Positions 34,297 through 44,053 of a stretch of DNA of 64,000 nt are shown in pieces (position 1 is the stretch's first letter; each line of letters begins with the position of its first letter). Made by a program: the position numbers and the translations under genes. Source of the stretch: a virus (lineage: Duplodnaviria > Heunggongvirae > Uroviricota > Caudoviricetes); IMG/VR virus record IMGVR_UViG_3300017565_000001, positions 301,741 to 365,740 of that record. The stretch is one strand, 5' to 3'. Below the pieces are notes generated by a model, which did no database searches, had not been told where the DNA came from, and saw only the letters and a program-made list of their open reading frames with translations.

Positions 34297-34442
34297 CTTG
34301 GGGAACATTGTTCCCCAAGTTTTCAATTTGCTCTACTGGAACAAATTGAACGAAGATGCGGCGAAGAGTCTCATCTTCTACCCCAATGGGGTTTAGGCTT
34401 GATGACTTCTCCAGTCGTCTTTTTTCGCAGGCGCAATGCCTG
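34296..34442 (+). ncRNA. Candidate structured RNA / leader (six tandem hairpins)
   Basis: Consecutive stems at 34296-320, 34322-350, 34352-378, 34380-392, 34401-419 (+T6) and 34428-442. Confidence 0.45.
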
Positions 34443-34448
34443 AATGTT

Positions 34449-35768
34449 ATGGAACTCACCCTAGCGACATTCCTGGGTATCGCCCTTGGAATAATTTCTG
34501 GCATATTGCCTGGCATCGGATCAGCCAGCATCATGCTTACCTTCTACATGATCCTGATCGCTTTTGATCCCTTGAATGCAATGGTCTGTTATCTGGCCCT
34601 TGTAATCAGTAGTCAATACGTGGCGAGTCTCACCGCAATTTACACCGGTATTCCCGGAGCCGAAAGTTCATTCCCTACAGCAAAAGAAAGCCATAATCTC
34701 ATCAGCATGGGATTGACGCAAACTGCCGTCGCTCAGAACGCTCTCGCGTCTGTAGTGGGCAATAGTGTGGGTATGGTTCTTTTGATCTTGTTCATCCCCC
34801 TCGCAACCAAGATCCTTGGGATCTTTGGAGCAGCCCTACAGCTGACGATCATCATGGCTTCAGTACTCGTTGTGATCCTCACTACTGAACGTCGCTTGGC
34901 TGCCCTTATATCAATTCTACTCGCTTTCTCACTTATGTATTTGGGGCCAAACGCGCACACCTTTCAAGTGATTGATCTGGGGATGAATTTTCTGAGTGGT
35001 GGCCTGTCATGGGTAGCACTCACAATGGGAGCCATTATCGGACATGCGATGAACTCCATGAAAGGATACCAGAAAGTACAAATCAACACCCAAGGGGTTA
35101 TGGGTTTCAACCTAGCCATGCAGTCACTCAAGAATAAATGGGGTGCGTTGATGCGTGGATCATTTGTGGGATTCTTCGTGGGTCTAGTTCCCGGCCTAAG
35201 CTATATCTTGAGTTCAACGGTTTGCTATCAAGTTGAACAAAAGATTGGACAATCCAAGAAACTCAATGATAAGGATCGAGTTCTCAGCAGTATCATGAGT
35301 TCAGATGCAGCGCATTGTTCAGGCACTCTTGCAATGCTTCTTCCCTTGTTGGCTTTTGGTGTGCCAATTACTGCGAGTGAGGGGGTGATTTATAACATCA
35401 TCACTCTGTCAACAACCACCAAAGATTTACTGGCAAGTATCTACGATAATTGGTTTGTCATCGCACTTGTCATATTATTCGTGAATATGATTTCCATGTT
35501 CACAGCATGGAAATTAGGTAGCAAACTCGTCTCAGTACTCATGTTGCCACGTATGTTCTTGATGTCTTTGATTCTGATCATCAGTCTCCTAGCAGTCATT
35601 TACATCGCTTCAATGACCGGCACAATTTGGCTGTCGGTGGCCACATTTGTCCTGATAGGACTTGTGTTCTTTGTAACACGGATGAACCCGCTACCGTTCA
35701 TCTTCGGAGTCCTTGTCTTTAACCTGTTGCAGTCACTCATAGTGAGTGTCAGCCAACTCTACTTTTGA
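34449..35768 (+). CDS. TctA-like tripartite transporter permease
   Basis: About 11-12 TM segments; GILPGIG, GIPG, GLVPGL, PLLAFGVP repeats typical of TctA; start re-assigned to ATG 34449. Confidence 0.75.
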   Translation: MELTLATFLGIALGIISGILPGIGSASIMLTFYMILIAFDPLNAMVCYLALVISSQYVASLTAIYTGIPGAESSFPTAKESHNLISMGLTQTAVAQNALASVVGNSVGMVLLILFIPLATKILGIFGAALQLTIIMASVLVVILTTERRLAALISILLAFSLMYLGPNAHTFQVIDLGMNFLSGGLSWVALTMGAIIGHAMNSMKGYQKVQINTQGVMGFNLAMQSLKNKWGALMRGSFVGFFVGLVPGLSYILSSTVCYQVEQKIGQSKKLNDKDRVLSSIMSSDAAHCSGTLAMLLPLLAFGVPITASEGVIYNIITLSTTTKDLLASIYDNWFVIALVILFVNMISMFTAWKLGSKLVSVLMLPRMFLMSLILIISLLAVIYIASMTGTIWLSVATFVLIGLVFFVTRMNPLPFIFGVLVFNLLQSLIVSVSQLYF

Positions 35769-35772
35769 TTAT

Positions 35773-36657
35773 ATGAACATTTCTAAATTTTTCGCATCAG
35801 CTTTTGCTGCTCTGATTCTGTCGGCATCTGCCGTAGCTCAACCCACAGTAAACGTACTTCGTTTGGCTCCCCCAGGGGCCGGAACGGCAGCATGGGCGGA
35901 AGCTATTTCTCAAACACTGACTGAGAACGGCTATACGACCAATATTCTGGGTTTTAAGAATTGCCAAGAAGGTGCAAAGTGGCTGAAGGATAATCCCAAG
36001 GAGCCAGTCGTAGCGATGAACTTTAGCGACCCGTTCTTGTTGAATATCGCCGAACCGTCCAATCCTGCCGGTTGCGGGTTTCCAGTAAATGAACAGTCCC
36101 TAGTGGCCGTTGCTGGTAAGTGGTTCCACTTTATTTGTGGCCACGCAGATGCCGGTGGTCTGAAGGGTTTGCTGGCAAGTGATGGCGCAAAGGTTGGTTC
36201 TTGGAACAGCCCAGTACAAATGAAGATCGTTCAAGATCAATTGACTGATATTGGCGTTAAGAACTTCAAGGTCATCGGCTATGCGGCTGGTAAAGATCAA
36301 CTCCAGGCGTTCGTTTCTGGTGATACACAATACATCATCCTGAGTTCCGAATCGTTGGCTAAAGGTCTCCCAAATGCTGAATGTTTCGCAACTTCAGCAG
36401 AACCCGCCATCGCTGCCGGTATGAACCGCACGTCATATTCCGAACTGAATCCACAAGTACGTCACCAAGATAGCGGCCTTTGGCCCATCATTGTTGGCTA
36501 CAACGTTGATATGACGAAGGTTCGAGAAATCCTGGGTGCTTCTGGCAATCACGGCGTTCTGCAACAATCCCTCAGCAAGAATTATATCCCGGTGTTTGAT
36601 TCAATCGAAACTCAACTCCGTGATATCAATAAGCGAGCTCAAGGCATCAAACAATGA
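35773..36657 (+). CDS. TctC/Bug-like periplasmic substrate-binding protein
   Basis: Signal peptide, APPGAGT loop, VIGY...QAFVSGD; follows tctA-like gene. Confidence 0.6.
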   Translation: MNISKFFASAFAALILSASAVAQPTVNVLRLAPPGAGTAAWAEAISQTLTENGYTTNILGFKNCQEGAKWLKDNPKEPVVAMNFSDPFLLNIAEPSNPAGCGFPVNEQSLVAVAGKWFHFICGHADAGGLKGLLASDGAKVGSWNSPVQMKIVQDQLTDIGVKNFKVIGYAAGKDQLQAFVSGDTQYIILSSESLAKGLPNAECFATSAEPAIAAGMNRTSYSELNPQVRHQDSGLWPIIVGYNVDMTKVREILGASGNHGVLQQSLSKNYIPVFDSIETQLRDINKRAQGIKQ

Positions 36658-37754
36658 AGCATTATTACCGCATCGGGGACGAAAAATACATCAACGCCAT
36701 TGAGGCGTGGAGTCGCATTCGTTCCTTACAGGCAGTCAATCAACTGACTACCTTCGAACTAGTTCTCGAAGCCGGTAAGCTTCAGCATTATGACTGGCAA
36801 CAATCCACCACGAAAACGATCGAAAGTCTAGAAGAAGAGTATGCGACTCGTATTCGTGGTGAATACCAATATGTGCGGTTGCTGTATAGCGGAGGGTCGG
36901 ACAGTTACTCAGTAGCTGACGCCTTCTTGCGGAGCGGTAACCCCATAGACGAATTCATTTTGTATGAATGGCAGACTATGGAAAATGTCTGCATTGACGC
37001 TGCCAACAATACCGCAATGAAGATCCGTTGGCTTAAGGATATGCATGCCAAATATGGTCTTGATTGCGGCAAGATCTCAGTCATAACAATAGACCAGAAA
37101 GTTCACGAACGCCACTTCCAAAAGGATTGGTTTCTGAAGTCTGCTGGTCATGCTGGAACTGAAAGCTTCAATGTCAACCACATGGCTGACATGATCGATT
37201 TGTGCCCTCTTCCACCTGGTGTTACCAACTATGTGGATTTGATGGGTTTTGAGAAACCACGATTGTTTGCTGATGACAATATGATTTGGTTTCAAATGAA
37301 CGACAAGAATACTATGTATGGCGCCAGGAAGCAGGAGGAACCTCACATTTGGTTCTATTTGTCCGGCGATGCTCCTGAGTTGATTCGAGCACAATGCCAA
37401 GGCGCTATCCGGGTAGCCAAGATGTTATTCCCCAGAATGCCTTTGAAGGATGCACTGCACAAATTGCAGAACGACAAGAATTACTACCACGAATGGTGTT
37501 ATTCAGTTGGGCGCCGCACAAGCAAGTTTCAGAATTCTTTCGTGTTGCTGGCAAAGAACGTCGGTCAATCAGCAAGTATGAACAATGGTCGATACCTTCA
37601 CATCGATCAATATGCTGGAGAACGGGCTTCTGCGTGGAAAGCATATGAAGAATACGTGGATGTAGTGAAGGATTTGGGCCAGGGTTCAATCGTACCTGGT
37701 ATCAAAACTCAGAAATTCGTATTGGAGAAGAACTATGTTCACAGTCATTGGTAA
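36654..37754 (+). CDS. PP-loop (adenine nucleotide alpha-hydrolase / asparagine synthase-like) protein
   Basis: LLYSGGSDS PP-loop, GFEKP. Confidence 0.65.
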   Translation: MKHYYRIGDEKYINAIEAWSRIRSLQAVNQLTTFELVLEAGKLQHYDWQQSTTKTIESLEEEYATRIRGEYQYVRLLYSGGSDSYSVADAFLRSGNPIDEFILYEWQTMENVCIDAANNTAMKIRWLKDMHAKYGLDCGKISVITIDQKVHERHFQKDWFLKSAGHAGTESFNVNHMADMIDLCPLPPGVTNYVDLMGFEKPRLFADDNMIWFQMNDKNTMYGARKQEEPHIWFYLSGDAPELIRAQCQGAIRVAKMLFPRMPLKDALHKLQNDKNYYHEWCYSVGRRTSKFQNSFVLLAKNVGQSASMNNGRYLHIDQYAGERASAWKAYEEYVDVVKDLGQGSIVPGIKTQKFVLEKNYVHSHW

Positions 37755-38412
37755 TATAAGAAACCTGCCATCTAGAGAAGAGCTTATGGCAGGAAGTGGA
37801 GGATTCACACCCAAAGAACAATTGGCAGCCGATCCCAAATTCGTGCCTCTTAGGTACAGTTCACAGCAACAGGCCCTAGACATAATTTCGTCTAAGACTG
37901 GTGCCGATACGAAGACTGCGAATTTTGCCAATGCTCCTGGATTTCAACGAGTTGGTTTGTCTGATGAAGTTGTCAATCGACTGGCTGAAATATTGAAGCT
38001 CACCAAACCTCAAGCTAGACTGCAAGTGTTGGAACCTGGCAATGTGACAATGATGCATCTGGATGATTTGGATCTGGGTTACATAAATCCCATTGAGGAA
38101 TCTCTAAAGACTATCACATTTACCGATCAGGAACGAGAGCAGTTTCGTGATGATGTGCGCTCAGCCACCAGGTATTTGATCATGTTGGAAGACTGGCAAT
38201 GGGGACAAGGAATGATGTTTCACGACAAAACGCTGACCGGTTGGAAAGCGGGTGACATCATTTATTGGGATTGGCCAACTGTCGCACATTCAACATTCAA
38301 TACTAGCTTTTGGCCTCGAGGTTTGATTCGCATTACTGGTCTTCAAACTGATGGTTCTAGAAAAATAAACGAATGGGCGCTAAACGGCGGCCGCATATTG
38401 GTTGAATATTAA
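37735..38412 (+). CDS. Cupin / Fe(II)-2OG dioxygenase-like protein
   Basis: EPG..MHLD (HxD), distal HSTFN and R; WKAGD. Confidence 0.65.
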   Translation: MFTVIGNIRNLPSREELMAGSGGFTPKEQLAADPKFVPLRYSSQQQALDIISSKTGADTKTANFANAPGFQRVGLSDEVVNRLAEILKLTKPQARLQVLEPGNVTMMHLDDLDLGYINPIEESLKTITFTDQEREQFRDDVRSATRYLIMLEDWQWGQGMMFHDKTLTGWKAGDIIYWDWPTVAHSTFNTSFWPRGLIRITGLQTDGSRKINEWALNGGRILVEY

Positions 38413-39389
38413 TGGCAAAAGTATTGGTGACTGGAAGCAGTGGGTTCATCGGGCACAATGTCGTGAATCAGTTAAATGGTCATACCGTATATGGTCTCGA
38501 CAACTGTGACTCATATGCTAGTCTTAATCAATTCGAACTCAACTCATTGATTTGTGAACGCATGGATTCCATACGTGATACTGGGGTTGATTTTCAAGAT
38601 CTGTATCAAGACATCAGGGAACCTTTTGAGGATGAGCACGGTCCACTTCTGGGGCATTTCAACATTCATCCTGAAATCGTTATTCACCTAGCCAGTTTTC
38701 CACGCCAATACGAAGTACAGTTGGCGCCAGCCCAAGCCAGTGCTACAATGGTGGGCGGCCTTTTGAATGTTTTAGAGGCGGTGAGACAAACGTGTAAGCG
38801 ATTTGTCTTTGTGAGTTCGAGCATGGTTTATGGTGACTTTCAAAACCTCACTACCGAAAGTCACCCTCTAAACCCCAATACTCTGTATGGTATCCTTAAG
38901 CAAACAGGTGAACAGATAGTGTGTGATTTCTGTTCCAAGAATGGCATCGAATATACCATCATCCGGCCCAGTGCCGTTTATGGTGAACGCGATGTTTCCA
39001 ATAGACTGGTTGGAAAGTTTTTGACAGCGGCTCGCCGTGGAGAAACCCTATTGGTCAAGGGCCCCGAGGAAGTGTTGGATTTCACCCATGTGAGTGATGT
39101 GGCTCGAGGTATGGTTTTGGCAGCGTTCTCACCAAACGCTGCCAATCGTGCCTACAATTTGACTAGATCAAGCGAAACTCCTCGAACCATTCAAGACGCC
39201 GCAAATCTTGCTGTATCTCTTATGGGAAACGGCAACATCCAGGTTCTAAATCGTGATGCTTCCTTCCCATCCAGAGGGACTTTATCTATTCAGCAAGCCA
39301 GGGATGACTTCGGATATAACCCAACCATTGACATCGAACAAGGTTTCGCACAATATGCAAAATGGATTTCTGGACGTTCCGTTCAATAA
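38412..39389 (+). CDS. NAD-dependent epimerase/dehydratase
   Basis: GSSGFIG, SSSMVYG, YGILK (YxxxK), DFTHVSD. Confidence 0.92.
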   Translation: MAKVLVTGSSGFIGHNVVNQLNGHTVYGLDNCDSYASLNQFELNSLICERMDSIRDTGVDFQDLYQDIREPFEDEHGPLLGHFNIHPEIVIHLASFPRQYEVQLAPAQASATMVGGLLNVLEAVRQTCKRFVFVSSSMVYGDFQNLTTESHPLNPNTLYGILKQTGEQIVCDFCSKNGIEYTIIRPSAVYGERDVSNRLVGKFLTAARRGETLLVKGPEEVLDFTHVSDVARGMVLAAFSPNAANRAYNLTRSSETPRTIQDAANLAVSLMGNGNIQVLNRDASFPSRGTLSIQQARDDFGYNPTIDIEQGFAQYAKWISGRSVQ

Positions 39390-40443
39390 CGTCAAGCTGC
39401 AGAATCAATCCGTAAAAGAGGAACTGATGGAAGCCATCAGTTCTGTTCTGGATTCAAATCAAGTGCTTGATGGTCCTCACAGAGAAGAACTTGAGGCAAA
39501 TATTGCTCAGATCACTGGACGTAAACACGCCATTGTCACCCATAGTGGCACTGCTGCACTCGGTATCATATCTAAGGCGTTTTATCAACCAAATCGATAT
39601 GTGGATTTGCCAGCAGTTTCGTTCATTGCCACCGCAAACGCTTTCAAGAATGATGGCTGGCGTCTTTCCTTCTACAACAATCTAAATGTGAGTGTCATAT
39701 CACAAGACGTGGCATTAATCGTTGGTGTTGGGCTATTTGGGAAACCTTGCTATATGTCCACCATGGGAGTTCCCTATGTGGAAGACGCCTGTCAAAGTTG
39801 GTTAGCATCACCCTGGATGCAACCGTATAGCTCCAGGCACACACAAGTCATAAGCTTCGATCCCACAAAAAATATAGCCGGGTTGGGTAATGGTGGCGCA
39901 ATAGCTACTGATGACGAAATATTGTCGAGGTTCGTCCGTAAGTACATCAATCACGGAAAAGGTCCTGATGGTTTCGGTATGGTTGGGATGAATCTAAGAA
40001 TGTCAGAACTGGAGTGCGCAACGCTGAATGTGAAGCTCAAACATATGGAAAGCTGGCAACAGAGGCGTAGAGCTATAGCCATGTTTTACTTGAATGAATT
40101 CGCAAATACGCCACAAGTTGAAACAGTTATGAAACACCAAGACATTTGGAATCACGGTCTACAGAAGTTCGTGATATCCGTTCCTGGTGAAGATCGTGAT
40201 GCGCTTGTTGCTTATTTGAGCAATCGTGGAATTGAATGCAAGATTCATTACGAGAAAACCATGTTTGAATATGGATTCTTGAATGACTTTGAAGATCATG
40301 ATGCTTATTATTTGCGTATTCACGACGAATTGAAAACAACAATGGCCGGATGGTTGAGTCTGCCGTTTTATCCCGAATTGACGGCAGACCAGATGCATCA
40401 TGTCGTCAACAGCGTTGACGCATACTTTTCAGAAAAGAATTGA
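39355..40443 (+). CDS. DegT/DnrJ/EryC1/StrS sugar aminotransferase
   Basis: SGTAAL, SFIATANA, EDACQS, SFDPTKNI (PLP Lys), SLPFYP; start re-assigned to 39355. Confidence 0.9.
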   Translation: MQNGFLDVPFNNVKLQNQSVKEELMEAISSVLDSNQVLDGPHREELEANIAQITGRKHAIVTHSGTAALGIISKAFYQPNRYVDLPAVSFIATANAFKNDGWRLSFYNNLNVSVISQDVALIVGVGLFGKPCYMSTMGVPYVEDACQSWLASPWMQPYSSRHTQVISFDPTKNIAGLGNGGAIATDDEILSRFVRKYINHGKGPDGFGMVGMNLRMSELECATLNVKLKHMESWQQRRRAIAMFYLNEFANTPQVETVMKHQDIWNHGLQKFVISVPGEDRDALVAYLSNRGIECKIHYEKTMFEYGFLNDFEDHDAYYLRIHDELKTTMAGWLSLPFYPELTADQMHHVVNSVDAYFSEKN

Positions 40444-41438
40444 TCCAACCACTTCCATTCGTAGCTTGCTAGAAGCTTCGTATAATCCCCACCAACAGAC
40501 GTGAAGTACAGGAGCGCATCGTGCGCTCCTTTTTGCGACCAATCACCGTATAGGGCGTGGGAAGGGGCCAGCCAGCGTTCTAGGCGGTAACTTGCTTCCT
40601 GTTCTCCACGCTCACTGTAAAGTTTCAACTTCAATGCTTCCCTGAAGGCCGTGCGCCAAGCATGTTGGGGGCTGGTATTAAACACGGCCGTACCAGACAA
40701 TCGATTTACTTCTTCGTATGGTTGCGCCAACGTGAAATCAATCTCATCACCTGGGTTTACGAGCACTAGCTTCTTGCAATAGGCAATCACAGCTTGATGG
40801 CCGTAAACCAATCCATTTACTGGATTTTCAGCCATGAACACATAGTGGCGATCTTCGTATTTTGCAGGGGTCCAGCTAAAGTCAAAGTCAGGATAGATTT
40901 TGATCTTCGCAAATACAGCAAAGAAGTGTTCTGTATTGCTTGCTTGTGCCGCAGTCTTATAGGCTGCCGATCGTCCAGTCACACCATCAACCCTAACTAC
41001 TCTATTGGGAATATGATCGGTGACTTCTTGTAGAAGAGACCAATGCTCTTCAGCGGTTGATTCCCCGTTTGAAATGAATACGATATCCAGGGGATCATTC
41101 TTAACAAAAGACGAACGTTGATTGATGACACGAACCTCGTTATTGAATATAGCTCGTTCATCTGTTATTTCCAATTTCTTGGGGATTAGGGCCACTCCCA
41201 AGGATTCATTGGAGTTTCGGCAACAATGCACCAAGTCCTGATCCCATGGTTCCACCGTGTAATCAAAATTGAAATTGTCCAAGACCAGCATGTCATCCCA
41301 CACCACCCAATAGTATTTGGTGAACGATTTGCGGCGGGCTTCAGCTATTGAACCAACAGCTTTGATTCGTGGAAATCTATTTTTGAGTTTCTGGTATTGG
41401 TCAGAAGGATTATTGGTTATCAGGAATATGTCGTACAT
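40398..41438 (-). CDS. GT-A-like glycosyltransferase (paralogue of 47015..47935)
   Basis: DIVFISNGE, RVDGVTG, NGLVYG, AWRTAFRE; partial internal duplication. Confidence 0.6.
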   Translation of the reverse strand: MYDIFLITNNPSDQYQKLKNRFPRIKAVGSIAEARRKSFTKYYWVVWDDMLVLDNFNFDYTVEPWDQDLVHCCRNSNESLGVALIPKKLEITDERAIFNNEVRVINQRSSFVKNDPLDIVFISNGESTAEEHWSLLQEVTDHIPNRVVRVDGVTGRSAAYKTAAQASNTEHFFAVFAKIKIYPDFDFSWTPAKYEDRHYVFMAENPVNGLVYGHQAVIAYCKKLVLVNPGDEIDFTLAQPYEEVNRLSGTAVFNTSPQHAWRTAFREALKLKLYSERGEQEASYRLERWLAPSHALYGDWSQKGAHDALLYFTSVGGDYTKLLASYEWKWLDQFFSEKYASTLLTT

Positions 41439-41440
41439 GA

Positions 41441-42346
41441 TCAGAATTGCATGTTCTTTTTCCACTGCGATTTGACGACAGTGGTCTGGCCCACTTTACC
41501 ACATGCTCGTTGACATGTGACATGGGGATCAGTCGTTAGTCGATTGATGATAGTATCTATCACCCGATCTTTCGGAATATCCCGTATGCCGTGGTCCGAC
41601 TCAATATCAGCCTTGGTAGCGATATAACAACACGGGTACCATTCACCTAACGAATTCACGAACACACTTCGATCTCGTAGGGCTTCGCATTCTATTCCTT
41701 GAATTTCTGGTTCCTTGTACTCACTAACCTTCTTGAGCCAAAAGACCGTTTGATGAACTTGCCTTTCGGTTTCTTTCAATCGGAACCACAGGAAGCCCAT
41801 AGAGCGCGCCAAAGCCTCTGCTTCATCGACCTGATGTTTGTTATGCTCAAACACCAAATAATCCCAGTGAGCGTGTCCTCCCGCGTCTATGAATGCTTGG
41901 GCGTTAGTCATTACCTTCGACCATACGGCATCACGGCGATAGATGTGATTAGTATCTTCCAATCCATCTATAGACCAGATGACAAAGTCCAGGGGTTGAT
42001 TTAAGATCCCAGCCAATTCCCGCCACCAGGCCGCGTTCCGTAAACTACCATTCGTATTCATCCCAAGCTCGATGTCTGGGTTACATTCACGAAAATACCG
42101 GTAGATATCCAGACAATCTTTAGCCATAGCAGGTTCACCAAAGTTGCCACACATGAACATTTTGCGAAGACCACGAATGAACTCTGGACTGAAGGTTTGC
42201 TTTGCTCTTTCCAGAGTCATTTCACCATGACGTAGTGTTTCGTTTGGCAAATCACCTTCAGTTCTGCGGCATTGAGGGCACCGTAGGTTGCAATTAGTGG
42301 TGACTTCAAGATGTAAAACATCCGCTTCGTGTTGTAATGATGTCAT
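41441..42346 (-). CDS. Radical SAM enzyme with C-terminal Twitch-like domain
   Basis: CNLRCPQC, GNFGEP, NTNG, SIDG; C..PCC..CQRAC. Confidence 0.9.
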   Translation of the reverse strand: MTSLQHEADVLHLEVTTNCNLRCPQCRRTEGDLPNETLRHGEMTLERAKQTFSPEFIRGLRKMFMCGNFGEPAMAKDCLDIYRYFRECNPDIELGMNTNGSLRNAAWWRELAGILNQPLDFVIWSIDGLEDTNHIYRRDAVWSKVMTNAQAFIDAGGHAHWDYLVFEHNKHQVDEAEALARSMGFLWFRLKETERQVHQTVFWLKKVSEYKEPEIQGIECEALRDRSVFVNSLGEWYPCCYIATKADIESDHGIRDIPKDRVIDTIINRLTTDPHVTCQRACGKVGQTTVVKSQWKKNMQF

Positions 42347-43056
42347 AGAGTATAAGGTTTGGTTGGTACCACAAAACTACTCGAATACAACCCAATGCCA
42401 TTCAGAATACGCATGTCGTCCAAACAACCATCAAAATACCGTTGATTGGTAAAGAAGCCACCCACATAACAGGAACCACCAAAGCTATCAAAGTTCTGAA
42501 CTTGATTGAGTGTGGTATCCAGAACTCCATTTACGAAGATCATGAATACGTTGTTGATGCGAGTTATCGCCACGTGCGTCCAAGTTTGTGGCGATATTGT
42601 GATGTTACCCAGGAGAAGTACCGAGTTGGTGATGTAGCTGTATAGGCGAATCTTACCCAGGTTGTTTATTCCCACCATGAGAAAATTCCCCGCTGCCGAA
42701 GCTCCCATGGTCAGGATCGGACTATGGACTACGCTTGCACTGACATATTGATTCAACCAACAAAAACATTCAATGGTAAAATCGTTTGTCCCCAATACCA
42801 ACTTATTGATCTTCGGGACATTCACATATTGCTGATTGGTGGACGATGAGCCGCGCAGGTCCAAGGAACCACCAAACTTAGAAAGAGTGTTGGTTATTTT
42901 GGCGTTCCCTACTATCGAGATGGGGCCATCTGGAGAGGTTGCAACTATTTGAGTAGAACCTTCTTCACCATCAAAATGAGACGCGAATCCCACTTGGTCT
43001 CGATACTGTGATTCGGGTGAAGATGAAGCAGACAAAAGCTTAGTAGTTAAATTCAT
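42343..43056 (-). CDS. LamG/ConA-like domain protein
   Basis: SKFGGS, DFTIECF, WTHVAITR, FVNG, FDGCLDDMRI. Confidence 0.85.
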   Translation of the reverse strand: MNLTTKLLSASSSPESQYRDQVGFASHFDGEEGSTQIVATSPDGPISIVGNAKITNTLSKFGGSLDLRGSSSTNQQYVNVPKINKLVLGTNDFTIECFCWLNQYVSASVVHSPILTMGASAAGNFLMVGINNLGKIRLYSYITNSVLLLGNITISPQTWTHVAITRINNVFMIFVNGVLDTTLNQVQNFDSFGGSCYVGGFFTNQRYFDGCLDDMRILNGIGLYSSSFVVPTKPYTL

Positions 43057-43093
43057 TTGGGTTCTTGCTATAAAATCGAGCGCTATCCGTTAT

Positions 43094-43258
43094 TTACCTA
43101 TCAAGTTTGCGAATATCTACCTGGAGTTCTGTCAGGGTAAAGAGACCCTTATGACTCTCCATGAATGTACCAGTTACCAATTCCCATAAGTCTACCTGGA
43201 GATTCCCCTCATCATCAGGAATTGATCCCCCAATCCCATTGATATCCTTGAACATCAT
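43094..43258 (-). CDS. Possible small protein, 54 aa (not in ORF track)
   Basis: MMFKDINGIGGSIPDDEGNLQVDLWELVTGTFMESHKGLFTLTELQVDIRKLDR; GGGGA upstream; stop overlaps GGTAAATA late motif. Confidence 0.35.
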   Translation of the reverse strand: MMFKDINGIGGSIPDDEGNLQVDLWELVTGTFMESHKGLFTLTELQVDIRKLDR

Positions 43259-43302
43259 CCGTAAAGAATGATCCCCTAGATACTATCACACACCATTAGA
43301 AC

Positions 43303-43329
43303 AAAGAGGAACATTTTCTGTTCCTCTTT
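43303..43329. terminator. Stem-loop terminator
   Basis: AAAGAGGAACA-TTTTC-TGTTCCTCTTT. Confidence 0.65.
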
Positions 43330-43331
43330 CT

Positions 43332-44030
43332 TTATTTCCATGTCAATGGATCGAAGGTTTGTGTCCTTGCCACTAGTTCATATCTGAACTGTGATATCAA
43401 TCCCCTGTAGCCATACCTAGCTGAATTACCACCCGTGTAGCCACTTCTATCACCGATACCACCAATATACATGTTTAGATTCGACGGATTTGCTCCTTGT
43501 GCTGGACCGAATGGTTTACCATCAATAAATCCCGTTATAGTTCCAGTTGAGCGTTCGTATGCCATTGCCACATGACGCCAGGTACCTACTGGTGATGCAG
43601 TGTCGCTATAGGCTCCTGATACTGAGCCACCAACAGATCCTGTCTTGGGGTACGTTGCCGTTCCTGTTCCACTCATAACCACGTAATTGAGATTCAGACC
43701 GCTAAATGGTCCAATCTGCAGAATCCAGGCTTGTGGTGGTGAATTGCCATATTGCGGCTGATAACTGGTTGGATTTATGAAGAAGCCAACCGTGAACGAA
43801 TTCAATCCCAGGGTTGGTGCCAGATCGTATTGCAAGCAGGATGCGCCTGTATCACTCCACAGGTTGCAAGAGTCACCATTCGGTGCGATTGTCGCTGATG
43901 TTGCAGTACCAGAACCAGCCCAAGTGGTTCTGGGAGTCATTGATGAAAATTGAATAATACCACGAGGACCATCTTGCTCAGTCTCACCGTCGTATGCAGC
44001 AAACAACAGTTTGTATACGATAGGGATCAT
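43332..44030 (-). CDS. LamG/ConA-like domain protein
   Basis: SFTVGFFI, WRHVAMAY, FIDG, YRGLISQFR. Confidence 0.75.
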   Translation of the reverse strand: MIPIVYKLLFAAYDGETEQDGPRGIIQFSSMTPRTTWAGSGTATSATIAPNGDSCNLWSDTGASCLQYDLAPTLGLNSFTVGFFINPTSYQPQYGNSPPQAWILQIGPFSGLNLNYVVMSGTGTATYPKTGSVGGSVSGAYSDTASPVGTWRHVAMAYERSTGTITGFIDGKPFGPAQGANPSNLNMYIGGIGDRSGYTGGNSARYGYRGLISQFRYELVARTQTFDPLTWK

Positions 44031-44053
44031 AAAGGTGTGCTCAAAACCTTTAT

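Noticed and set aside
34356-34448. N-terminal extension of TctA in the ORF track (likewise 5836-5961, 6872-7051, 16324-16422, 39253-39354)
   Set aside because: Extensions cover hairpins or upstream genes; downstream ATGs fit family N-termini better
36654-37754. Assigning the SGGSDS protein as the missing QueC
   Set aside because: No C-terminal Cys zinc motif, too long, and not in the deazaguanine cluster
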